From the NCBI GenBank assembly GCA_965248575.1, contig CBDFJQ010000002.1:864001-928000 (forward strand): 64,000 bases of DNA. Reading direction: 5' to 3'. Below the pieces are notes generated by a model. It ran no database searches. It saw only the letters and a program-made list of their open reading frames with translations, and had not been told where the DNA came from. Position 1 is the first letter of the stretch. Every line of letters begins with the position of its first letter. The position numbers and the translations under genes were made by a program. Origin of the DNA: Planctomycetota bacterium. GTDB lineage: Bacteria > Planctomycetota > B15-G4. Below are positions 10,034 through 19,976 of this stretch, piece by piece.

Positions 10034-11440
10034 TCAGAGCGGGCCGAGCATCTTCGAGGGATCCACCCAGAGGTCGAACTCCTCGCTGGTCAGGTACTCG
10101 AGTTGCAGCGCGGCTTCCTTGAGGGTCGTCCCTTCGGCCCAGGCCGTCTTCGCGATCTTGGCGGCCTTGTCGTAGCCGATGTGCGTGTTGAGCGCGGTGA
10201 CCAGCATCAAGGAGTTGCCCAGGTGTTGGGCGATGCGGTCGTGGTCGGGCTCGATGCCCCGGGCACAGCTGCGCTCGAACGCGCGGCAGCTGTCGGACAG
10301 CAGGCGAAGGCTCTGCAGCACGTTGTGGATCATCACGGGCTTGTAGACGTTGAGCTCGAAGTTCCCCTGGCTCCCAGCGAAGGCAACGGCTGCATCGTTG
10401 CCGAACACCTGCACCGCCACCATGGTCATGGATTCACTCTGCGTCGGGTTGACCTTGCCCGGCATGATCGAGCTGCCCGGCTCGTTGGCAGGGATCGTGA
10501 TCTCACCCAGGCCGCAGCGCGGGCCGCTGGCCAACCAGCGCACATCGTTGGCGATCTTCATGAGCGCCATGGCCAGGCCGCGCAGGCTCGCGCTGAGCGC
10601 CACCAGGCCATCGTGGGCAGCGAGGGATTCAAACTTGTTGGCGGCGCTGGTGAAGCGCAGGCCCGTGAGGCTGCTGATGCGCGCTGCCACGAGTTCCGCG
10701 TAGTCAGGGTGGGTGTTGAGGCCCGTCCCCACGGCCGTTCCGCCGATGGCGAGCTCGCAAACGTGCGGCAGCGCATCCTCGATGTGACCCAGGGCGTGGT
10801 CGAGCTGACTGACCCAGCCCGAGATCTCCTGCCCCAAGGTCAGCGGCGTAGCGTCCATGAGATGCGTCCGGCCGATCTTGACCACCTCGCGATAGGCCTG
10901 GCTCTTCTTCGCCAAGGTGTCACGCAGTGCCGACACGGCCGGGATCAGGGAGGCATGTGCCTCGCTGGCCGCCGCAATCGACATGGCCGTAGGGAAGGTG
11001 TCATTGCTGGACTGGCTCTTGTTGACGTCATCGTTTGGGTGCACCGGGCTCTTGCTGCCCATGACGCCGCCCGACATCTCGATCGCCCGGTTCGAGATGA
11101 CCTCGTTGCTGTTCATGTTGGTCTGGGTGCCCGAGCCCGTCTGGTAGACAACCAGCGGAAAGTGGTCATCGAGCTTGCCGTCGATCACCTCTTGGGCTGC
11201 CCGTTCGATGAGGGCGACCTTCTCTGCGTCGAGCAGCTCCAGTTCGCCATTCACCGTGGCAGCTGCCTGCTTGAGCAGGCCGAGGGCACGGATCATGGGG
11301 CGCGTGAAGCGCGCCTCACCGACGTCGAAGTTCTGGATGGATCGCTGGGTCTGGGCGCCCCAGTAGCTATTCGTCGCGACGGGCACTTCGCCCAGGCTGT
11401 CGGTTTCAACACGTGTGGACTGCGATGCGCTGGAAGTCAT
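10034..11440 (-). CDS. fumC: Fumarate hydratase class II
   Basis: [35 protein letters not shown] and signature [13 protein letters not shown]. Confidence 0.98.
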   Translation of the reverse strand: MTSSASQSTRVETDSLGEVPVATNSYWGAQTQRSIQNFDVGEARFTRPMIRALGLLKQAAATVNGELELLDAEKVALIERAAQEVIDGKLDDHFPLVVYQTGSGTQTNMNSNEVISNRAIEMSGGVMGSKSPVHPNDDVNKSQSSNDTFPTAMSIAAASEAHASLIPAVSALRDTLAKKSQAYREVVKIGRTHLMDATPLTLGQEISGWVSQLDHALGHIEDALPHVCELAIGGTAVGTGLNTHPDYAELVAARISSLTGLRFTSAANKFESLAAHDGLVALSASLRGLAMALMKIANDVRWLASGPRCGLGEITIPANEPGSSIMPGKVNPTQSESMTMVAVQVFGNDAAVAFAGSQGNFELNVYKPVMIHNVLQSLRLLSDSCRAFERSCARGIEPDHDRIAQHLGNSLMLVTALNTHIGYDKAAKIAKTAWAEGTTLKEAALQLEYLTSEEFDLWVDPSKMLGPL

Positions 11441-11481
11441 AGCCGCGATTGGACCACGCCGACGCCGGGTCATTCCACGGG

Positions 11482-13968
11482 TCAGTGTCCGTCCGGGTCC
11501 TGGGCATCCTCGGCACCGCTGACGTACCCGAGCTGGCGCATCATGGCCAAGGTGTCGGAATCCCCGCTGACCCGGACGCCCTGTTCAGCGGCACGAGTGC
11601 GCCGATCCCAGGCCCTGAGAGTGCGTAGAAGGGACTGAAGCTGGGTCGCCGAAGCTCCGCCCTGCGCGAGGTCCTCGTGTTCGTTCGGATCCGAGGAGCG
11701 GTCGTAGAGTTCCGTGCGCTTCGTCGACGGCGTGTGGATCAGCTTGAAGGGGCCCGAGGTGATCGACAGCTTCTGGACCCATTCCTTCACGCCGGGCTCG
11801 TGGCCGTGCCAGGTCTGGCCGAACACCGGGTGGGCCGCTGCCTCGGGGCTCAGGGAACCCATGGGGACTTCCTGCTTGGGCGTGGGGAGGCCCACCAACT
11901 CGCAGAGCGCCGAGTACAGATCCTGGTTGGATGCAGGGCGTTCGATGCGCGCCGGGCTCAGGGCTGCCTGTCCGTAACCCGTCACCCACAAGGGCACACC
12001 CAGGGTCTCCCGATAGAGGTGGCCACCGTGGCTGAAGAAATCGTGCTCGTAGAACTCCTCACCGTGGTCGGAGGTGAAGGCGATCAGGCAGTTTTCGAGA
12101 ATGCCGCGCGACTCAAGGGAGTCGAGGAGCTCGCCGAAAGCATGGTCGAAGTAGCGCAGCTCGGAGTCGTACTGACTCAGGAGCAAGCTGCGGTACTCCT
12201 CGACCAAGGCCGGGTCGAGCGGGCTGCCCGAATCGTACTGGGCTTGGGCGATGGGCTTCAGGACCTCTTCTGGGCGAACGCCCTCTGGCGGGTCCAGCAG
12301 CCAACCGGGCGGCGGCAGGTAGGGGGTGTGCGGATCGAAGTAATGGATGTACCCGAAGCGCGCCAGGCCTTCGGTGTCGTCGAGCCAGCTCGACACGCGA
12401 TCGTTCAGGGCGCGGGCGGAGGCGTACGGGGTGTGGGAGAACGTCTCGAAGCCCTGGTGGAAGTTGTCCGCCCGCCCGATCAGCAGGTTGGAGGTGAATC
12501 CACCGGTGGTGTAGCCCGCCCGCCCGAAGACCTCCGGCAGGGTCTCGAGGGCATCCACGAGGTAGCTGCGGTCGCTGTCATGCACGCCGTGAACATTGGG
12601 CGGTAGACCTGTGAGCACGGACGCCGTCGACGGCCACGTCCAGGAGGAGGATGCCTGTGCGTTCAGATAGAGGAGGCCCTGATCAGCCATGGCGTCCAGG
12701 TTGGGGCTGATCTGCCCGGAATGCCCGTAGGCACCCAGTCGATCCGCGCGCAGGGTGTCCACGAGCACGAGCAGGACCGTCGGGGCATCCTGCCGAAGCA
12801 GGCGCGGCACCTGGTCACGCCGCAGCAGCGCGGCGTTGCTCCAGCCGCCGACATCGTTGTCCGTCGTGCCGAGTGCCTCGGTCACCAGCTCCAAGCGGAC
12901 CGCTTTCCCCACCCAAGGGCCCAGGTCGATCTCGGCGGCCTTCCAGCCACGGTGCGCGATCACCTGAGGGGCCTCGAGGGTGAGCGACCAGACGCGTTCG
13001 CCATCGATCTCCACGGCGAAGCGCATGCCATCGCCGGGGCGCTTCCAGCCCAGTTGGGTGTCCATGCCGACGGAGAACTCGAGCGTGGCCCCAGCGGGAG
13101 GGGCCAGTTCGTAGGCAATACGCGAAGGAGTAGCCGCGCGAATGGACGTGCGGCGCCCTCCTGCTGCCGAGAAGCCCTTGGCTGCATCGAGGAAAGCCAG
13201 CTCAACGGGGTGGGTCTCCGACTGCTGCAGCACCTGGGCTTCCGAGAGGCTGGCGACCAGGTCCTGTGAGACGGTAGCGACGGCGACCTGATGCTCCTCC
13301 GGCGTGCGCAGCCGGCCGGGTGAACGCAGCTTCGGAGAGAGGAAGCCCGGCCAGTTGAGCGCCAGGCCCTGGCCGCCCGCTCGGCGAGTCGTGAAGCGCA
13401 GGGACCAGGTGGCGGCGTCGGTACCCGGCAGCTCGACCGAACGGTCCACTGCAAGCCGGCCCTCGGGCAGCAGGGCCGGGTCGAGAATCTCGTTGAACAC
13501 CTCCACCCAGGCGGCGGGCTGCTGGTCCTGAGCGCGGCGCGCCTCGATCCGGAAACGCACGGGGTCCGGGCCCGCTGGGTGCTCGGGCCATGCGACTCCC
13601 GCGCCAAACTCCAGCACGGCCTGACCGTCGGTGTGAAGCTGGTGGAAGCCCAGGCTCGTTCCGGTGGGGACCCGCAGGCAGGCCACCCCGTCACGATTGT
13701 CCGCCTCATGAATGAGGCCGAAGCGCTGGGTGGCATAGGGCGAGGTGGGCGAGGCCTCCGCCGACGCGATCAAGGAGACCAGGTCGTGCACGCGGTCGGT
13801 GAGCAAATCCGGGCGGGGTCCCCTGGTCGGACGAGGGGCGCGGCTCGTCTCGGCCCCTCCCGTGAGCCAGACCGCGCTGGCCGCCGCAATCAGCGCGAGC
13901 GCCAGCAGCGTTGGGCCCCTCACGCGGCGTGCGGCCCCCGAAGACCCGTCGTGTCCCTCCGCGTTCAC
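11482..13968 (-). CDS. Membrane-anchored sulfatase-fold protein with N-terminal beta-sandwich-like domains
   Basis: N-terminal TM; C-terminal [36 protein letters not shown] and MRQLGY. Confidence 0.85.
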   Translation of the reverse strand: MNAEGHDGSSGAARRVRGPTLLALALIAAASAVWLTGGAETSRAPRPTRGPRPDLLTDRVHDLVSLIASAEASPTSPYATQRFGLIHEADNRDGVACLRVPTGTSLGFHQLHTDGQAVLEFGAGVAWPEHPAGPDPVRFRIEARRAQDQQPAAWVEVFNEILDPALLPEGRLAVDRSVELPGTDAATWSLRFTTRRAGGQGLALNWPGFLSPKLRSPGRLRTPEEHQVAVATVSQDLVASLSEAQVLQQSETHPVELAFLDAAKGFSAAGGRRTSIRAATPSRIAYELAPPAGATLEFSVGMDTQLGWKRPGDGMRFAVEIDGERVWSLTLEAPQVIAHRGWKAAEIDLGPWVGKAVRLELVTEALGTTDNDVGGWSNAALLRRDQVPRLLRQDAPTVLLVLVDTLRADRLGAYGHSGQISPNLDAMADQGLLYLNAQASSSWTWPSTASVLTGLPPNVHGVHDSDRSYLVDALETLPEVFGRAGYTTGGFTSNLLIGRADNFHQGFETFSHTPYASARALNDRVSSWLDDTEGLARFGYIHYFDPHTPYLPPPGWLLDPPEGVRPEEVLKPIAQAQYDSGSPLDPALVEEYRSLLLSQYDSELRYFDHAFGELLDSLESRGILENCLIAFTSDHGEEFYEHDFFSHGGHLYRETLGVPLWVTGYGQAALSPARIERPASNQDLYSALCELVGLPTPKQEVPMGSLSPEAAAHPVFGQTWHGHEPGVKEWVQKLSITSGPFKLIHTPSTKRTELYDRSSDPNEHEDLAQGGASATQLQSLLRTLRAWDRRTRAAEQGVRVSGDSDTLAMMRQLGYVSGAEDAQDPDGH

Positions 13969-16256
13969 CCGAGTTCCAGTTGGCGTGCCGCATCCACTTC
14001 GCTGCGGTTGAGCAGGTCGCGCGATCGATCGAGCAACTTGATCAGGGGGTGCTGGCGAGGGAGGGCGTGGCGGAGCTGCCGGAGCAGCTGCACGGTCAAG
14101 CGCATGATGCGCACGAGGTCACCGTTGGGTGAGGTCGTGTGCTCGCGGATGTCGTCGAAGCTGGCCCCCTGACACCAAGCATCCACGACGATGCCGATCT
14201 TGAAGTTAGGCGGGCGGATCGTCGGCGGGATGCCCAGGTCACGTTCAGCGAGCTGCAGCCGACCCACGACCCGCTCGATATCCTTGCGGTGCTTGCCCAT
14301 GACGCCCTGGCGCATGCGCCGGAAGAGGTCGTTCTTGCGCTCCTCGAACACGAGCGAGGCGAAGACGATGGCGAGCTGGATCTCGCTCAACCACTCCAGC
14401 ACGCCTGACTCCAGCAACTCGACGATCTGCAACTCGTAGCCGCTGATCACGGAGGCCACGCGGCCCTTCTCGGTGACACCTGTGTCGGTGATGTAGTCGA
14501 GGTCGCGCAGGAGCTGCATGCGCTTGTCGATGGCCTGACGCTGCTTCTCTTCGTTCTTGGTGCGCTTCTTGTTGCTCATGCGCGACCACTGGTAGTTGTT
14601 GAAGGAACGCTCCCAAGCTTCGTGCAGGCGGTCGCCCAGCGTTCTGTGCAAATTGATCAGGGTCGAGTACGAGAGGTTGAAGCGCGAGATCACGGGCTCC
14701 ACATCGTTGCTGATCATGTGCTCGATGTCGGCCGGTTGGATGCGGTGGTCGTCGACGATGGACACGACGATGCCCTGGTCGTCGATGCCCTGGCGCCCGG
14801 CGCGGCCGGCCATCTGCTGGTACTCCCGGACCTTGAGTGGCCCGAAGCCCACTCCGTCGAACTTGCGCAGGGACGCGAAGACCACGCTCCGGGCAGGCAT
14901 GTTGATGCCCAGGGAGAAAGTCTCGGTCGCGAAGAGGACACGCAGCAAGCCGCTGGTGAAGAGGCGCTCCACGAGTTCCTTGTGCAGCGGCAGCATCCCG
15001 GCGTGGTGATGGGCGATGCCTTTGAGGATCAGGCTCTGCAACTCGGCCAGCTCAGCGCCGGCTTCGATCTCGAAGGTTTCGCAGACCTTGTCGAAGAGCT
15101 GCTCGATCTTGGTGCTTTCGTCGGGCTGCAGGAGGTTGCGATGCTGCGCCGTCTCCCGGGCGCGCCGTTCGCAGTCCTTGCGCGAGAAACAGAAGAAGAG
15201 GATGGGCAGGTTCTTGGCCCGGCTCAGCACGTCCACGATCTCGTTGCGATCCTTCGGCCGCTTGCCGGTGTTCCGACGGCCAATCTGCTCGTAGCCCTTG
15301 GGGAACTTCACCTTGCCGGAGATACGCCGCAGACCACCGCCGGGAAAGAACAGGTAGTGGTCGAGGGGGACAGGGCGCTCGGTGTGGCGAATGACGGAGA
15401 CGTCCTGCTCCCGGGCTGCGGAGATCCAGTCGCCGTATTGCGTCAGGTTGGAGATGGTGGCGGAGAGGCACACGAAGCGGATGTGCTTCGGCGCGAAGAT
15501 GATGCTCTCCTCCCAGACGGTTCCCCGGCCTGGGTCATCCATGTAGTGGATCTCATCGAAGACCACGGTGTCGACGTCGTCCAGGCTCGCCGGGTTCTCG
15601 AAGATGGTGTTGCGGAAGATCTCCGTGGTCATGATCAACACCGGCGCTGACGGGTTGATGGTGACGTCGCCCGTCATCAGGCCCACGCCCTCGGGATCGA
15701 TGGCCTTGAAGTCCCTGTATTTCTGGTTCGAGAGGGCCTTGATGGGGGCGGTGTAGATGGCCCGCTTACCCTGGGACAGGCTCATGTCGATGGCCATCTC
15801 GGCCACCAGGGTCTTGCCGGCGCCGGTGGGGGCGGCGAGCAGCACGGGCCGCCCTTCTCGCAGGGGGCCCAGCGCCTTCATCTGGAAGTCGTTGAGCGTC
15901 AGGCCGCGAAACATCTCTGGGGTCAGGCCGGACGGGGTGGACTCAGCCTGCTCGCCCTGATCCCGGCCGGCCGCCCCGAGCTCCTGGGAGTCATCGGGCC
16001 GAGCTGGAGAGTTGACCACCACCGGCGATGAACGCCGCCCACCTCGACCTGATCCACCAGCCTTGGAGCGCGCCGAAGCCTTGTCGCCCTTCTTGGACCT
16101 GCCTTGGGCGCTCTTTTTGCCACCCTTTTTTGAGGCCCGGGCAGAGCTCTTCTTGGCCGCCTTCTTCGAACCTGGCGCGGGAGAACTGCCGCTGGAGCGG
16201 CCCGCGGACCCGGAGGCGCCGCGTGAGTCAGGTGAGTTGGGAGAGCGGGGCGTCAC
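13965..16256 (-). CDS. Ski2/HelY-like DExH-box RNA helicase
   Basis: APTGAGKT, YTAPIKALSNQKY, DEIH, SAT, HHAGMLP, ATETFSLGINMPA and QMAGRAGRQG; DSHCT-like C-terminus; Lys/Ser-rich N-terminal tail. Start is uncertain. Confidence 0.92.
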   Translation of the reverse strand: MTPRSPNSPDSRGASGSAGRSSGSSPAPGSKKAAKKSSARASKKGGKKSAQGRSKKGDKASARSKAGGSGRGGRRSSPVVVNSPARPDDSQELGAAGRDQGEQAESTPSGLTPEMFRGLTLNDFQMKALGPLREGRPVLLAAPTGAGKTLVAEMAIDMSLSQGKRAIYTAPIKALSNQKYRDFKAIDPEGVGLMTGDVTINPSAPVLIMTTEIFRNTIFENPASLDDVDTVVFDEIHYMDDPGRGTVWEESIIFAPKHIRFVCLSATISNLTQYGDWISAAREQDVSVIRHTERPVPLDHYLFFPGGGLRRISGKVKFPKGYEQIGRRNTGKRPKDRNEIVDVLSRAKNLPILFFCFSRKDCERRARETAQHRNLLQPDESTKIEQLFDKVCETFEIEAGAELAELQSLILKGIAHHHAGMLPLHKELVERLFTSGLLRVLFATETFSLGINMPARSVVFASLRKFDGVGFGPLKVREYQQMAGRAGRQGIDDQGIVVSIVDDHRIQPADIEHMISNDVEPVISRFNLSYSTLINLHRTLGDRLHEAWERSFNNYQWSRMSNKKRTKNEEKQRQAIDKRMQLLRDLDYITDTGVTEKGRVASVISGYELQIVELLESGVLEWLSEIQLAIVFASLVFEERKNDLFRRMRQGVMGKHRKDIERVVGRLQLAERDLGIPPTIRPPNFKIGIVVDAWCQGASFDDIREHTTSPNGDLVRIMRLTVQLLRQLRHALPRQHPLIKLLDRSRDLLNRSEVDAARQLELG

Positions 16257-16331
16257 GGGGCATCGAACTGGGGGGGAGGGCTTGGCAGAATAGCGGTTCG
16301 CTCCGAGCCTCCCGATTCTATTCTTCAAGCC

Positions 16332-17171
16332 ATGACCGCATCTGCTGACGACGACGCCGGGGCCATCGACCGCTGGGGGGCCCCCGTGCTCTCTGCCTTG
16401 GTCTTCCTGGCGGTGGCTGGTCTGCTCTTTGTGGCCCGGGATTCCGCGCGGGCCAGTCCACGATTCGAAGTGGATCCTGGGCACGTGGCGGTCCTGGAGC
16501 GTCCCGAGTGGTTGCCGGCAGATCTGGCGACGGAACTCGGGTTGCAGCTCGGGATCTCGCTCGGGGGGCCAGCCTCCCTGCTAGGGGATGAGGACTTGAC
16601 CCGCTGGCGAGGCGATCTCATGGATGCCAGCGATTGGGTGGAGTCGGTGGAGCGCCTGGAGGCCCGTTTTCCTGGGCAGGCCGAGGTGCGGCTGCGCCTG
16701 CGGCGACCGGTGCTCGAGTTGTCGGGACAGGTCCTGCTCTCGGCTGACGGCCACACCCTGGGGACCGGATACATCGACACGGAGCCGCGCCTGCTGCGCT
16801 TCGAGGGTGCCGGAAACGCCGAAGAAGTGCGGGAATGCGCGGCCTCGGCCGCTGACATCCTGCCCTACCGATTCGAGTTGGAGGACGAGGGGATCACCCT
16901 CGATAGGGTGTTGCTGGGGGTCGGTGGGCGAGTCCGCTTCCTCACCACCGTCGGCGTGGAGATCGAATGGGGGCGCTCCACCACCCGGTCTGAGTTCGCC
17001 GCGGTGGATTTGCCCCCTGCAGCCCGGGTTGAACACCTGCTGACCGCCCTTGAGCGACGGCCTGGTCTGCATGGCGTGGCCCGGGTGGTGGTCTGGAAGG
17101 ATCAGCCTGAAATCGTGCTGGTTTCGCCCACTCTCCCGGTGGGTGCCGCAAGGGCTGCTGGAGGCGGTTGA
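16332..17171 (+). CDS. FtsQ/DivIB-like bitopic protein (POTRA-like)
   Basis: Single N-terminal TM, then WVESVERLEARFPGQAEVRLRLRRPV and LLSADGHTL, resembling the FtsQ POTRA/beta-domain junction. Confidence 0.6.
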   Translation: MTASADDDAGAIDRWGAPVLSALVFLAVAGLLFVARDSARASPRFEVDPGHVAVLERPEWLPADLATELGLQLGISLGGPASLLGDEDLTRWRGDLMDASDWVESVERLEARFPGQAEVRLRLRRPVLELSGQVLLSADGHTLGTGYIDTEPRLLRFEGAGNAEEVRECAASAADILPYRFELEDEGITLDRVLLGVGGRVRFLTTVGVEIEWGRSTTRSEFAAVDLPPAARVEHLLTALERRPGLHGVARVVVWKDQPEIVLVSPTLPVGAARAAGGG

Positions 17172-17195
17172 TCGGCAGGCGGCCTTTGCTATGCT
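17168..17195 (+). promoter_or_regulatory. Putative sigma70 promoter of rplM-rpsI
   Basis: TTGATC, 16-nt spacer, TATGCT preceded by TGc (extended -10). Confidence 0.6.
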
Positions 17196-17374
17196 GCGCC
17201 GTTCGAAATCCGGTCAGAAAGCCAAGATCCCAGGCCAGCCCGGAATCGGCCCGGGTTCGCCCCGGAATCGATGAAGCACGGCAGCAGGCAGGATCGTCCT
17301 CACCGAAACAGACCCAGACAGAGCGCCCGTGCAGACTGTGCGTCGCTCACGCGTTGGACCGAGACCTCATTCAA

Positions 17375-17836
17375 ATGAAGACCTATCACGCGAAGGCCGG
17401 AGAAGTGCAGCAGAAGTGGCACCTCTTCGACGCCGATGACGTCGTCCTTGGACGTCTGGCGACCCGCATCGCCCTGATCCTTCAGGGCAAGCATCACGGC
17501 CGCTACACCCAGCACGTCGACACCGGCGACTTCGTCATCGTGACCAACGCGTCGAAGGTCGCGTTGAGCGGCAAGAAGCTCACCGACCGGATGCATCGCT
17601 GGCACACCGGCTACATCGGCGGACTCAAGGAGATGAGCGCGGGAGAGATGCTCGAGAAGCACCCCGAGCGCCTGATCCAGTTGGCCGTCCGCCGCATGAT
17701 GCCCAAGACGAAGCTCGGCAAGGCGATGTTCAAGAAGCTCAAGGTCTTTGCTGGCCCCGAGCATCCGCACGAGGCTCAACAGGCCGTGGTCGTCGACATG
17801 AGCGTCTTCAAGCACTCGGGCGAATCCAACGCCTGA
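17375..17836 (+). CDS. rplM: 50S ribosomal protein L13
   Basis: MKTYHAK...WHLFDA...LGRLAT...GKH...DTGDFVIV...HTGYIGG...HPHEAQ. Confidence 0.98.
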   Translation: MKTYHAKAGEVQQKWHLFDADDVVLGRLATRIALILQGKHHGRYTQHVDTGDFVIVTNASKVALSGKKLTDRMHRWHTGYIGGLKEMSAGEMLEKHPERLIQLAVRRMMPKTKLGKAMFKKLKVFAGPEHPHEAQQAVVVDMSVFKHSGESNA

Positions 17837-17937
17837 CCCCGCGACCGATCATCGACGCCGCGCCGCCCGCTGGGCGGAGCTGGCGCGCGCCACCACATTC
17901 GCAGCAACACTGAGCACAGGAAGAGAGAACGAACACG

Positions 17938-18378
17938 ATGACTGACGAGACCAACGCAACCACCGAAGGCAGCAAGTCAGTGCCTGCTGGAAGCGAGTTC
18001 GCCTGGGGTACTGGCCGGCGTAAGTCTTCCGTGGCGCGCGTTCGCATCCGTCCGGGCAACGGTCTCATCACCGTGAATGGTCGGACCTTCGACGACTACT
18101 TCCCCGTGCTTCAGCAGCGCGTGAACATCCTCGCGCCGCTCGCGGCCACCGGGGCAGAAGGACGCTTTGACGTCTTTGCCAACATCAAGGGTGGTGGCGG
18201 TACGGGCCAGGCAGGTGCACTGCGCCTGGGCGTGTCCCGTGCGCTCGTCAAGGCGGAGCCGGAGCTCTCCGAGTCGCTTCGCGAGGGCGGCTACCTCACA
18301 CGGGATGGTCGTATGGTCGAGCGCAAGAAGTACGGACAGCGCAAGGCTCGTCGTAAGTACCAGTTCAGCAAGCGCTGA
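17938..18378 (+). CDS. rpsI: 30S ribosomal protein S9
   Basis: GTGRRKSSVARV, GGGGTGQAGA and LTRDGRMVERKKYGQRKAR...QFSKR. Confidence 0.98.
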   Translation: MTDETNATTEGSKSVPAGSEFAWGTGRRKSSVARVRIRPGNGLITVNGRTFDDYFPVLQQRVNILAPLAATGAEGRFDVFANIKGGGGTGQAGALRLGVSRALVKAEPELSESLREGGYLTRDGRMVERKKYGQRKARRKYQFSKR

Positions 18379-18391
18379 TCCGCCTGGGGTG

Positions 18392-18417
18392 GGGTGGGCC
18401 CATACAGGGGCTCACCC
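18392..18417 (+). terminator. GC-rich hairpin after rpsI (terminator-like, no U-tract)
   Basis: GGGTGGGCCC pairs with GGGCTCACCC (10 bp, one G-U). Confidence 0.4.
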
Positions 18418-18480
18418 AATGCTCACTGGCGTAACCCTTGGAACTTCTGGGAGGAACTGCGCACAGCGTGGTTCGAGACC

Positions 18481-19236
18481 ATGGCTGGTCATTCCAAGTT
18501 CAAGAACATCATGCACCGCAAGAAGGCGGTGGACGCCAAGCGCTCCAATGCCTTCAGCAAGCATGCTCGTTTGATCATGACCGCGGCCCGCACCGGCGGC
18601 TCGGACATGGGGATGAACCTGTCCCTGCGCTATGCGGTGGATCGTGCCCGGGCCGACAACATGCCCAAGGACGCCATCCAGCGAGCCGTGGACAAGGGTT
18701 CTGGCGACGGTGATGGCGTGCCCATGGAGTCCATCACCTACGAGGGCTATGGCCCCGGTGGTGTGGCCATCCTGGTGGAGACGCTGACTGACAACCGCAA
18801 CCGCACGGTGGGCGAGGTCCGCAACACTCTCGACCGCAACGGCGGGAACATGGGCGAGAGCGGCTCGGTGGCCTGGAACTTCGAGCGCAAGGCGGTGTTT
18901 TTCATCGAGGCCGAGGCGGACAAGGAGGAGGACATCCTCATGGTCGCCATGGAGGCCGAGGCGGACGACTGCAGTGCCACGGACGACGGCTTCGAGGTCA
19001 CGGCGGACCCCACCCTTTTCGGCGTGATCTCCGAGGCCCTGGAAGCAGCCGGCTTCAAGGCGGCCAAGAGCGAGATCGACTCCCTGCCCAAGACGACCGT
19101 GGTGCTCGAGAACCCCGATCACGTCCGGGCCCTGCTGCGAATCCTGGGCCTGCTCGACGATTTGGATGATGTGCAGACCACCTCCACCAACCTGGAGTGG
19201 ACGGCAGAAGCCCTCGAGGCGGCCGAGAACGCCTGA
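18481..19236 (+). CDS. yebC: YebC/PmpR family protein
   Basis: MAGHSKFKNIMHRK, NMPKD, YEGYGPGGVA, TDNRNRT and DDLDDVQ. Confidence 0.96.
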   Translation: MAGHSKFKNIMHRKKAVDAKRSNAFSKHARLIMTAARTGGSDMGMNLSLRYAVDRARADNMPKDAIQRAVDKGSGDGDGVPMESITYEGYGPGGVAILVETLTDNRNRTVGEVRNTLDRNGGNMGESGSVAWNFERKAVFFIEAEADKEEDILMVAMEAEADDCSATDDGFEVTADPTLFGVISEALEAAGFKAAKSEIDSLPKTTVVLENPDHVRALLRILGLLDDLDDVQTTSTNLEWTAEALEAAENA

Positions 19237-19445
19237 GGGGACCCCAGAGCCCCGCTCGCGGACGCTCAGGACCGGCGCTCTTGCCCCGCGGCGGAGCTTG
19301 AGACCGCTCCCTGGCTGTTCCATAGTGAAAAACGCGCTGCGAGTGAAGCTGCGCGCCCAGGCAGCCGAAAAGAGAAGGCCTCGAGGTGCCGGCGATGTGC
19401 CGTGCCTGCGATCAGCCCCAATGCCCAGACTCAGGATTGCGACGA

Positions 19446-19976
19446 ATGGTCGACAGCGTGCGAACGGATCCCAACCGGCTTCTCGACTTCCTGACGGATG
19501 ACGAAACGAGTCTCCTCAGCCGCGCCTACTTCATGCTGCGCTTCGAGGAAGAGTTCAAGAAGTCCTGGCGCTACGGCTGGAGCTACTCGCTGTTGCTGAT
19601 CGCCGTGGACGGTCTCGATGAGCTTGCCGAGAAGGAAGGCGAGAACGCCATTCGGGGCGCCCGCTTGGACATCTGCGGACAGATTCTCTCAGCGAGCCGG
19701 GATACGGATCTGTCGGCGCGACTGGACGAGCGCTACTTCGCGGTCCTGCTGCCCGGAACCGGGCAGTCGGGCACGCGGGCCTTTGTGGAGCGTGTCGTTC
19801 AAGGTCTCGTCGAGGGAGCCTTCGGGCGCTACCAGGTGCGCGTCGGTGGCTGCGTCATGCCGTCCACCGCCGTGAAGTCAGCTGACGCCTTCATGGCTGC
19901 CGCGCGGGAAGCCGTGGACGAGGCCTGCGAGAAAGGCGACGGCCGCTTCGTCCTCGCAGCCCCGAGCGAAGACTAG
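19446..19976 (+). CDS. Stand-alone degenerate GGDEF-domain protein
   Basis: TDDETSLLSR..., SLLLIAVD and RDTD-LSARL-DERYF-AVLLP align with the GGDEF fold, with the active-site motif replaced. Confidence 0.75.
   Translation: MVDSVRTDPNRLLDFLTDDETSLLSRAYFMLRFEEEFKKSWRYGWSYSLLLIAVDGLDELAEKEGENAIRGARLDICGQILSASRDTDLSARLDERYFAVLLPGTGQSGTRAFVERVVQGLVEGAFGRYQVRVGGCVMPSTAVKSADAFMAAAREAVDEACEKGDGRFVLAAPSED

Noticed and set aside
9050..11638. 862-aa plus-strand ORF and similar long ORFs (61710-63989, 50619-52070, 47922-49439)
   Set aside because: These are antisense shadows of well-supported genes, expected from high-GC codon bias.
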